A DNA stretch of 64,000 nt from Octopus sinensis (lineage: Eukaryota), in NCBI RefSeq assembly GCF_006345805.1, contig NC_043001.1:33604001-33668000 (forward strand). The letters run 5' to 3'. Positions 40,180 through 50,458 of the stretch are shown here, in pieces. Numbering within the stretch: position 1 is the first letter of the stretch; every line of letters begins with the position of its first letter. A program made the translations under genes and the position numbers. The notes below the pieces were generated by a model. That model was not told the origin of the DNA and did no database searches. It was given only the letters and a program-made list of their open reading frames with translations.

Positions 40180-40548
40180 ATAGGAAAAGGAAAGATCCAG
40201 AGAAGGGAAGACGGAGGAAAAAAAAATCATATAAATGAAAGATAGAACGGAAAGAACACAACAAACAGAAGCCATCAAAACACAATGTGGGAAAATGGAC
40301 AACAGCGCAGCAAACAACATATCATCATCATCATCATTTAACATCCGTTGTCCATGCTGGCATGGGTTGGACGGATTGAATATGCTGGAAGGCTGCACCA
40401 GGCTCCAGTCTGATTTGGCAGGATTTTTACAACTGGATGCTCTTCCAAATGCCAATCACCTCAAGTGTGTAATGGGTGCTTTTACATGTCACCAGCACAG
40501 GTGCCATTTGCGTGATATATATGCATACATATAAATATATATATACAT

Positions 40549-40778
40549 GGCGCCGAGCTGGCAGAAACGTTGGCACGCCGGGCGAAATGCATAACCGTAT
40601 TTTGTCTGTCGTTACATCCCGAGTTCAAGTTCCGCCAAGGTCGACTTTGCTTTTCATCCTTTCAGGGTCGATAAATTAAGTACCAGTTACGCACTGGGGG
40701 TCGATGTAATCGACTTAATCCGTTTGTCTGTCCTTGTTTGTCCCCTCTATGTTTAGCCTCTTGTGGGTAATAAAGAAA
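40549..40778 (+). mobile_element. SINE family B (core GTCGACTTTGCCTTTCATCC...AAGTACCAG)
   Basis: Recurs at about 19466-19692(-), 29725-29915(-), 36340-36520, 50484-50610, 51177-51367, 51660-51795, 56810-57003(-). Confidence 0.8.
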
Positions 40779-40851
40779 CATATATATATATATACACATA
40801 TATATATATGGAGAAAGAGAGAGAAACAAGGAGAGAGGCTGATATACTCAC

Positions 40852-40932
40852 AAATATTGTATCTTTAATATCTTTTTTCATTTTCTTCCATTTTCTGAAG
40901 TAGTATTCACGGGAACCCTGGTCGGGAGCCAT
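40852..40932 (-). CDS. TBRG1: TBRG1 first coding exon (MAPDQGSREYYFRKWKKMKKDIKDTIF)
   Basis: gccATGg Kozak context with an upstream in-frame TAG; GTGAGT donor. A pyrimidine tract plus CAG at about 40961 implies an upstream non-coding exon. Confidence 0.88.
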
Positions 40933-41299
40933 GGCAAGTGCTCCCAACTATGGCTGGCTGCTGGAACAGAAGTAAAGAACATTGTTACCATTCTACATGT
41001 TCACACAACTCTCCACCATAAAATAGTTATCACCATCATGAGGACATCAAGTTGACAAAGGAAAATTATATGAAATGTAATTTGACAAGGTACAAGAACA
41101 CACACAGACATGTCAAGAGTAAATACACATACCCCATTAAAAAAAAAAGAAGAAAAAAACGAGAGAAAAGTATCGGGATTAATGTTTTCACATATATAAA
41201 CACACACACACACATACATACATACACATTTAAAGGTACAAATGAAAGAAAAAGGACTCTATACATGTAGCAGGGTTTATTTATTCGGAAGAGGTTGAT

Positions 41300-42830
41300 C
41301 ATTTACTCCGTCATTACTCAGTTTTCCATTATGGATGAACGTTTATATAAAATTAGTAAGAACGAACATTAAGATTTAAACCGAAGAATTTAAGGAACTA
41401 CGTCAGAATTTGAGGAACTTGGAACTTGGCGACAACTTTGTTTTCTTAAATTCCACTTATTTTTTCTCACATGAAAAGCAAAAGAAAACAGTTGTGAATG
41501 TTTCGCTATTCTCCCGTTGACCTTAACTTGTCAACAAAGGAATCTCTCTGTATAAGTGAGATTTTCTTCAAACCACACTACTCTTTAAAAAAAATGAATA
41601 AATAAAAAATGGGCGGGGTGAAGAGTTAGGGGAACCCTATATAAACTATGCCAGAAAGAAAAATTTTAAAAAAAAGGGACGGTTAATGTTTAAGGACCCG
41701 ATGGTCAATATTGGAAAGCCTTTCAGAAGCCGAGTTGTGGCTAAACATCAACTAGTTATTTAATAGCCGAAAAACTGTAAAGATGCTTTTAAGAGCAGGT
41801 GAAGGATGAAAATAAAGAACTATCAAGTCTCTTAACACGCGTATTTTACAAACAAAAACAAGATAAATTGAATGTGTATAGTGGGCCAACCTTTCCAAAT
41901 TTTCCCAACCTGATACCCCTTTATGTCTTGTTTGGTTAATTGATGTTTCGATTAGTCTCTGAAATTCAAACGAATCTAAGAACAATGTAAATACGATATG
42001 AACTTTTATTTTGATTGTAGATGGGATGGTTTGCTTATGGAAGGGATAGATAGAGCTACTTGATTTTTATAGATAGTGTGAAATATTGACAACAATGATC
42101 ATTCAATGAGAAAGTAAATTACCATGACCAACGAAAGCTCAAGAGGTATTCTATTTTGATTAAGATACCGGTATTTCTAGAATACATAACTGAAATATAT
42201 GTAAGCTGAATGTATACAGGTTAACTGTATTGCTTATGATATACATTCGACAGCAATATATGAGCTGAAGAGAAAATAGTATCTCACAATTAATTTGAAT
42301 TCGTGCAGAGTAAATGTTAAAGAAATAATAATATAATTAATATTTGCGAAATCCTAACCTGGCTCGAATATTTCCAAACAAAATTGTCAAGGGAACTTCC
42401 GGTGTCTGAAATTATCTCCCTTGGCTGATATTTCAGTTGTCTTCAGAATTATTAACATTAGGATATTTCTTTAAAGAATTCTGGATAAATTATTTTAGAT
42501 AATTACTAGCCTTAATTTATCGATTAAATTAACAATAAATAAGACAGGTTCAGTGTGAAATCAATAATTTAAATAGGAGTTTAAATTTCAAAGGATAAAA
42601 AACAAAAATCTAAGAACATTCTTTTACAGTAATTTAGATCTATAGTTTCTAGATTTTTGTTCCATCAACTGTAAAAAAGATATGAAAATAATAATAATGA
42701 TTATAAAGATGAATATACTATAACGATTTTAAATTTTAAAACAAATTTTTTAAATATCCTCTGTATCACCGCCGGTGTAGATACAAAAAACTGTCCTGAG
42801 ATGATTTAAGGTTAAGCAGTGTGGATCGTA
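41300..42830. promoter_or_regulatory. Putative bidirectional promoter region between TBRG1 and SMG9
   Basis: Divergent ATGs at 40932 (-) and 42831 (+). The region is repeat-free and retains CpG, with a GC box GGGCGGGG at 41611 and an ETS-type ACTTCCGG at 42395. Confidence 0.65.
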
Positions 42831-42899
42831 ATGTCTGATCCGCTTGAGCGCGGCGATCGAGGAGGACGAAACAGACGAAGGCGCCGAGCTGGACGTAAG
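42831..42899 (+). CDS. SMG9: SMG9 coding exon 1 (MSDPLERGDRGGRNRRRRRAGRK)
   Basis: ATG at 42831, Arg-rich N-terminus, AAG|GTAAAA donor in phase 0 matching exon 2. Confidence 0.8.
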
Positions 42900-43228
42900 G
42901 TAAAAAATTCCCTTCAACAATAATTTTTTAAAACATGTCTTTTTCGTTTACTGACAATCACAGTATGTTTAATTGAGGAAATGCTTCACGTTCTTCAAAT
43001 CTAAATTATTGCACGTAATCTCTTCCTGCAATAAATACATATGTTTTCATTCTAAATATCGTATTTTTTTTTTTTTTACCTCCCAGAAAATATGTCATTT
43101 AATTTTTTTTTCATTTATTGTTATTTGGCATTTTAAAAAGAAAACATTTCCTATTAAAAAAAAGACGAGCAATTCTAAATATTGAAGTGTGTATATATAT
43201 ATATATATATATACATATATACATATGT

Positions 43229-43376
43229 ATCAATAATAATAAAGGGTGAAATTAATTAATTTGGAATAATCATTAATTTCACCAAGTAGATTTTGGGGCT
43301 TTTACATGCCGAAATCTACTTGGTGAAATTAATGATTATTTCAAATTAATTAATTTCACCCTTTATTATTATTGAT
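43229..43376. repeat. Near-perfect inverted repeat (about 68-bp stem)
   Basis: 43229-43296 pairs with 43309-43376 with two non-Watson-Crick positions. Confidence 0.95.
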
Positions 43377-46300
43377 AAATATATACATATGTATATAGCT
43401 TCGCCTGCCCACTCATAATCGTGTCATCTGTCCTAAAGAAGTGCCTGTTAAAAGTTTTATTACAAGATATACGGCAATCTTTCGACGGAAAGGTCTACTA
43501 GAGACGAAAGATTGCCAGATATACTTTGGTACAACCGGACTAATTTCATCTGTTTACAAGTCAATAAGAACGAGACGTTGTTCTTATGAAGAAAGTAACT
43601 TTCGAGTTTAGAATAATTTCATGTGTCGTGCGAATTTCATTTCGGTGTGGCTCCAGATACCAAAGCAAATGATGTTAGCTTCCTTTCATTAAATTTTTTG
43701 ACAATTAAAGTGAAAAAAAAAATCATTTCTTAACTATTTTACATTTATATAATATTGTATATTTTAATTCTTGTAATGCGTTTTCAATTTTCTATGAATT
43801 TTATTGTAATTTTTCTTCCGGAAACTGCGAATATTTCAGTTTATTAAAACTGCAGAATTTATTTTCATTCCGCCTCTTTCATCATTTTCCCATTCTCTTC
43901 TCAATTTAGACTAGTTTCATATTTGTTATTTTCAAATTATCACTTTCAGAGTTGTACTTGTTCGGCAAGTAATTTGATATTTGTTATCGTATTGTTGCTG
44001 AATAGGGCAAGATGAACTTGTTTCAGTTAGCAGTAATCAGAATATATATATATTAGAGAGAGAGAGAGCGAGGCCTTTATTAACTATTAAAATCAGTGCA
44101 AGTACGTCCTTAGGGAACCGAGGTTGTCAGGCACCACAGTTTTTCCCCGGTGCAGGATTTACCATGGCGCAAAAGGTAAAATTTAACAAGACAATGAATA
44201 ACACGTTACTGAAAAATTGCAATTTTTCCTTGTTGTAGTTCTAAGTAAACAGCATATTGCTATTTAACGTGTTGTATTTGATATAGTTGCTGGGTTCGAC
44301 TGGGACGAAAACTGGATTTTTCATTTATTTCACATTTTAGCAGTTACTCTGTCGTAATTTCTCGTTAATAACACTCGAACGGAAGGTTAGAACCGGGCAC
44401 TATTGTTAGGTGAGGTGTTTAGAACGCAATTTGGCCTTAATCGGACCTTGATATATAATTTAATTTTTCGATTTATTTATATTTGCACACGTGTATCCTT
44501 TTTGCTTTGTGTATTGCTAAATGATAATTGATGTATCATTATCCTTTATCATTTTACCTTTCATTCACCTTGACGTCTCTATAACAAGGGCTGATACCCG
44601 ATATGTACATATTCAGTGTTCCTTAACATCATACTTCTTTATTGCTAACCATTGCTTTCTCTATTGATATCCACCATTTGCTCTTACCATCGCCTATCAT
44701 TATTGCTATCGATGTATATCTTTTACTACCATCATCTTTTCCACTATTCTTCAGTTCACTCCCTCAAACAAAAGGTGACAACACAGAGGGCGAGATCGCT
44801 TTAGTCGTAGTGTACAAAACAATTCGCTAGTTCTGGCACCACAGTGCACCCAGTACACACTTCTGAATGTTTGATGAACAAAGGGAGACCACATATGCTA
44901 CAATGGACTTTAATCTTGTCAATGATCTGACAGTCTAGCACTCTCTACTGCTGGTACTATAATTATGTGCATCCAGTATACTCTGTAGTGGTTGGCATTA
45001 GGAAGGACATCCAGCCATAGAAACCCTGCCAAAAAGGAACATACAAACAATACCCTATTTATAAGGGTCTTGGTGTTGTTCAAAATATGAAGTGACTTGG
45101 TCCATAACAACCCATCCAAGCATGGAAAGCTGACATAAAATGACAATACGTGCATCAACTTTTACATTTCGGTTTTCTAAATAATGCTTGTTACCTTTAA
45201 ACATTTCTGATAGAATTTTGACAGTTCTTCTATGTGTTATCATCATAGTTGGACGGTTTGACTGGGGACTGGTGAGCCAGGAGGCTGCACCAGGTTCCAA
45301 TCTGATCTAGTAACCTTTCTACAGCTGTTACCCTTCCTAACACCAACCACTCTGAGAGAGTAGTGTATGCTTTTTACGTGCCACCAGTATGTTATATTTG
45401 GTTTAGTTTCATTCCTCACACAACATGCTAGATAATATTACTACAAGATCGCCTGCTTTGTTAGAAATAGCGGCAAGACCTCTCAAATCACTCTCTATTT
45501 CATCAAAAATAACAATATAGTCCTTGATGTAAAAATAGATGGAATAGTCACAGCTGGAATGCCACTGATGGTTGGTTTACTCAATGAAAGCTAACCTGGT
45601 TTAAACATCATCATCATCGTTTAACGTCCGCTTTCCATGCTAGCATGGGTTGGCTGGTTTGACTGAGGACTGGTGAGCCAGAGGCTGCACCAGGCTCAAT
45701 CTTATCTACCAAAGTTTCTACATCTGGATGCCCTTCCTAACACCAACCACTCCAAGAGTGTAGTGGGTGTTTTTACATGCTACTGGCATGAGGGCCAGTC
45801 AGGCGGTTCTGGCAACGACCACGCTCAAAGGTGTTTTTATGTGCTACCTGTATGGGAGCCAGTCCGGCGGCACTGGCAACAACCATGCTCAAATGTTGGT
45901 TTTCATGTGCCGGTAAGGCAATGCTGGCGACGATCCCACTCGAATGGTGCTATTCACGTGTCACCTGTACAGGAGCCAATCCATGGCCCTGGCAACGATC
46001 ACGCTTGGATGTGCTTTCAACGTTCCACTGGCACAAGTGCCAATCAGGCGGTACTGTCATTGGCCATGTAAGCTATTTTGATTTGTTTACACTTGCCTCA
46101 ATAGGTCTTCACAAGCAAAGTTCGTTGTCCAATGAATGAGGGGCACTCATAAGTGAGCTAGTTACACCCCATGTTCGGATGCACTTTTAACGTTCCACTG
46201 GCACGAGTGCCAATCAGACATATAAGAAGAAAAAGGAATTAGGTATCTTTTGAGCCTGAAAGGATTTTTTTTTTTATGTCAGTGTTTCACTTTGGGTTCA

Positions 46301-46661
46301 TGATGTGAGCAGCTGAGAAATAAATTTGATCTTGAATAGAACACACAGTTTATTTCAGATAGGTTTCTGAGATGATTTGTTACTTCTCAGCATCTTGGTG
46401 AGATGAGATAATATGGATAAAGTCTTCTCCCCGGGAATATGATAAACTGCTTGCTGATTTGAACATGTAATATAGGTGCTTGCTGGTATTCCAGTACCTT
46501 TATTCACCTGGGTATTTTAAATCTAAATTAAGCAACTTAGGCCATAAAATGATATTTCCTTTGCTTTCTGTTTAACCCTAACCTCTCCACCCATAATAAT
46601 CAACTATTTTTCTTTTAATGAAATATATATATATATGTAAAACTTTTTTTGTATTTGACAG

Positions 46662-46769
46662 GACTTTTTTCAAGAACGCGGAGACCGAGACCTATCAGAT
46701 ACTGGAAATCTTAGTTCTTTAAACTCTAAACCGCCAATAATCTTGGCTAAACCACATTCTTCTGATTTA
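46662..46769 (+). CDS. SMG9: SMG9 exon 2 (DFFQERG...KPPIILAKPHSSDL)
   Basis: ttgacAG acceptor, GTAAGT donor, 108 nt, contains the KPPIILAKP motif. Confidence 0.9.
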
Positions 46770-46972
46770 GTAAGTAACTTCATTGGTTTGCTAACATTAA
46801 GTTAATTAATATCACTTCATCAGATACGACAACACAAAAACTGCCAAATCAGTTACAGCAGGAAATAGGTGCATTTTCTTGTATCAGACTCAAGAAATGT
46901 TCTCTAACCAAAATGGGTTAATCATATTTCATTAAACCTGTGAAAATGTTTGTTTGGCATTATAACTTACAT

Positions 46973-47280
46973 AATACTCCAATGCGACCGTACGACAGGC
47001 ACCCATGCCAACCCCCTTTGCTTGTGAAGACATGTTGGGGCAAGCGAAATCGAAATCGAATTGAACCAGCCAGGATCCCTGGTCTGGTGGTACGTAAAAA
47101 GCACTATCCGACTCGTGGCCGTGGCACGTAAAATACTCCAATGCGACCGTACGACAGGCACCCTTGCCAACCCCCTTTGCTTGTGAAGACATGTTGGGGC
47201 AAGCGAAATCGAAATCGAATTGAACCAGCCAGGATCCCTGGTCTGGTGGTACGTAAAAAGCACTATCCGACTCGTGGCCG
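46973..47280. repeat. 159-bp tandem duplication
   Basis: AATACTCCAATGCGACCGTACG... starts at 46973 and again at 47132; near-identical. Confidence 0.9.
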
Positions 47281-47567
47281 ATGCCAGCACCGCCTCGACT
47301 GGCTTCCGTGCCGGTGGCACATAAAATACACCAATCTGACCGTGGCCGTTACCAGCCCCGCCTGGCACCTGTGCAGGTGGCACGTAAAAAGCACCCACTA
47401 CACTCACGGAGTGGTTGGCGTTAGGAAGGGCATCCAGCTGTAGAAACATTGCCAAATTAGACTGGAGCCTGGTGCAGCCTTCTGGCTTCCCAGAACCCCG
47501 GTCGAACCGTCCAACCCATGCTAGCATGGAGAACGGACGTTAAACGACGATGATGATGATGATGATA
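47280..47567 (+). mobile_element. Representative (GAT)n-tailed repeat (family D), matching the 3' tail of the RTE LINE
   Basis: GGTTGGCGTTAGGAAGGGCATCCAGCTGTAGAAAC...CCCATGCTAGCATGGA...CGTTAAACGATGATG; dozens of copies in both orientations across the window. Confidence 0.85.
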
Positions 47568-47916
47568 ATGACAAACTCTACTTGTTGACTAGTTTAATTT
47601 GGACAGTTGTAACCATGGCAAATCAGATTGGAACCAGTGTAGCCCTCCAGCATACCAGTTTCAATCAAACTGTCTAACCCATGCCACCATGGAAAGCAGA
47701 CGCTAAATGTTGGTGATGTGATCAGTTTAAATGCAAAAGGGTAAAATGGCTAGTACTTATTTTTCAATCTTGGAAGTTTGAACAGTTAAGTAAACTCCTG
47801 ATGTAATTTGAACTTGGAAGGTTGCATGAAACTAAATGTAGAAAGATAAATTTATAAAACTTTATTTTTTTCGCTGGCCTCACAATTAACTATTTTATTA
47901 TTGTTTCTCTATCCAG

Positions 47917-48223
47917 CTTACTACAATGAATCCTACTTCTTCTTCATCCTTGAGTGGAAATAACATGTCTGGAGTGAAGATGGGTGAAAAACAAATTGTA
48001 GTTTTGAAAGCCCGTGAAGACAGCACCAGTAGCAGTACAAGTGTAGGAAATAGCTGCTGTACTAGTTCAGGTATTTGTTTAGGAGCCTCTCTCAGTTCAG
48101 GACGCTCCAGCACACCAGCTTCGAGTCTACATAACATCAATGCTGCTGTCTCCAGTGATCTGTCATCCCATTCAACATCTCCTTATCAGATGCATCGAAA
48201 TACTCAGCTTTCTTCTATGGATG
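47917..48223 (+). CDS. SMG9: SMG9 exon 3 (Ser-rich; EKQIVVLKARED)
   Basis: atccAG acceptor, G|GTAAAT donor, overlaps ORF 47926..48294, ends in phase 1. Confidence 0.9.
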
Positions 48224-48341
48224 GTAAATATCAACATAGACTTATTTCATTATATTTTATATCACAGTACATATATGATCTGAAATGCGTGTAAACATAC
48301 TTAGTTTTGCTGTGATGTTAGGGTTAAAATCTAAAGTAATA

Positions 48342-48745
48342 GGTGCAGGAGTGGCTGTGTGGTAAGTAGCTTGTTTACCAACCACATGGTTCCGGGTTCA
48401 GTCCCACTGCGTGGCACCTTGGGCAAGTGTCTTCTACTATAGCCTCGGGCCGACCAAAGCCTTGTGAGTGGATTTGGTAGACGGAAACTGAAAAGAAGCC
48501 TGTCGTATATATGTATATATATATATATTATTGCGGCATAACGTACCCCTATCTCCTATATATATATATATATATATATATGCATGTGTGTGTTTATGTC
48601 CCTGTTACTTAGCGGTTCGGCAAAAGAGACCGATAGAATAAGTACTGGGCTTACAAAAGAATAAGTCCTGAGGTCGAGTTGCTCGATTAAAGGTGGTGCT
48701 CCAGCATGGCCGCAGTCAAATGACTGAAACGAGTAAAGAGTAAGA
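48342..48745 (+). mobile_element. SINE family A copy in SMG9 intron 3
   Basis: Closely matches 2362-2777. Confidence 0.88.
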
Positions 48746-48758
48746 GGAGAAATTTTTA

Positions 48759-49299
48759 ATGTGTGTATATTCAGACAGGTAAAGGCACATGGCTTAGTGG
48801 TTCGACTGTTGCACTCCTGATCACTAGATCATAGGTTCAATTCCTTAATTGGGCTGCATGTTGTTCTTGAGCAAAACACTTCATTTCACATTGCTCCAGT
48901 CCTCGTTTCAATCAGAGGGGATGTTGGTCTGCTTGCATAGCCAGCAGGGTAGCATCATTTTAAGGCTAAAGCAATGCAAAAAAGCACATTGTGACCAGTG
49001 ATGTGTAACAACATCTAATGGCTTTGTCATGTGTGTATATTCAGACAGGTAAAGGCACATGGCTTAGTGGTTCGACTGTTGCACTCCTGATCACTAGATC
49101 ATAGGTTCAATTCCTTAATTGGGCTGCATGTTGTTCTTGAGCAAAACACTTCATTTCACATTGCTCCAGTCCTCGTTTCGATCAGAGGGGATGTTGGTCT
49201 GCTTGCATAGCCAGCAGGGTAGCATCATTTTAAGGCTAAAGCAATGCAAAAAAGCACATTGTGACCAGTGATGTGTAACAACATCTAATGGCTTTGTCA
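48759..49299. repeat. 270-bp tandem duplication of an old SINE-like sequence
   Basis: Copies start at 48759 and 49029; I see only one difference (48910 A versus 49180 G). Confidence 0.92.
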
Positions 49300-50366
49300 G
49301 TCTTGTGATCACATGATATTCAGGTAGATATTTGTCTCTGTGGTCTACAGTGGTGAACATTGTGGAGCATTCAAATGGTCCTTCCTCATATGTAGGCCTT
49401 TCTAGAGGTTTGCATTCATCAAATATCTGAATTGTACATATGTCCTACATCAGTGAAATGTAGCGACCATTAACATGATGTGGATCTTCAAAATGGCTTA
49501 CATATTTTACTAATGTAGGTGAAATGTTGTTTTATTGCTCAGTCTCTTTAATATGAATCTTAAAATATTCAAGTTATTTTTTTTATAATAACAGTAATGT
49601 ACGTGCATGTCATGCTGTGAGTCATTTCATGAACCACATATATTCATAAAGCTGGTGTTTAAGTACTCCCTGCTTTTATAAAAGCCATCTACATATCATA
49701 CTTAATATGAATATGTCAATGTATTTGCATAAAGTATGATACATAGATAGCTATCTTAATCTAATTCTGTTTCTACTGCATAAAATGGGTTTTTATTCAG
49801 CCTGGTAGCTATTTGCAATACCAGTCAATGCTTGCTCACTGTTTCCTGTACTTTGGAAGCAATAAAATCTTGTCTGAGCATGTGGTTGGCATTCTTGCTA
49901 GCCACTTCTGGGAAGATTTTCTTCCCCTCCTGATATATATTGTTTTTAAACACAGCATGTTCATAAGTTATGTTATCTCTGGATGAATACTGCAGTAAAT
50001 TACCTTTCAACAATGTATTTACATTGAGACATAAACGGTTGTTTTAATTTGATACAGCTTCTCCTGTTTTTATGGCAGTAAGTGAAGGACAGAACACGAT
50101 TCTGTTGTTAATTTTATTCTTGATAAATTAAGACACTTCAGAAATGTCATGAGAGAAACAAAATCAAACTACTTGAAATGGATATGAACACACTATCCAT
50201 AGAATGCTAATCCAATACTTAATCCACTCATCTAATATATTAACATATTAAATGTACTGCAGAATACTTTATAATACTATTCAACTTCTGTAACATGTTA
50301 ATTTATTAATTGTTGTTGATTTTGTCTTCGAATCTATTTAAACTTGGCAATTCTTGTCTCTTTTAG

Positions 50367-50458
50367 AGTGTCAGAACCGACTTGCTCCTCTCCCAGAAAT
50401 GCCAAGATGCATCAAGTTGGTTGATGACTCAATGCATTGGTGTGACACTGGAATGGAA
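50367..50458 (+). CDS. SMG9: SMG9 exon 4 (CIKLVDDSMHWCDTGME)
   Basis: ttttAG acceptor, GTAAGT donor, conserved motif. Confidence 0.95.

Larger units (their letters stand above)
29300..40932 (-). other. TBRG1: TBRG1 (NIAM, transforming growth factor beta regulator 1) gene span over the 7 confident coding exons; 3' end unresolved
   Basis: Spliced peptide contains NAAICDEVVRIEEK, PIPLDPLGRPVFP, IYPIGFCSTRLY (FYRN) and EFFGLSHPIVQNLIQSCPGARKC (FYRC), colinear with TBRG1 as recalled. Confidence 0.94.

Noticed and set aside
42895-42900. GTAAGG as the SMG9 exon 1 donor
   Set aside because: It would put exon 2 out of frame; the donor at 42900 keeps the phase.
46932-47527. 186-aa ORF with an internal repeat
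   Set aside because: Translation of the 159-bp duplication and a family-D repeat, antisense within an SMG9 intron.
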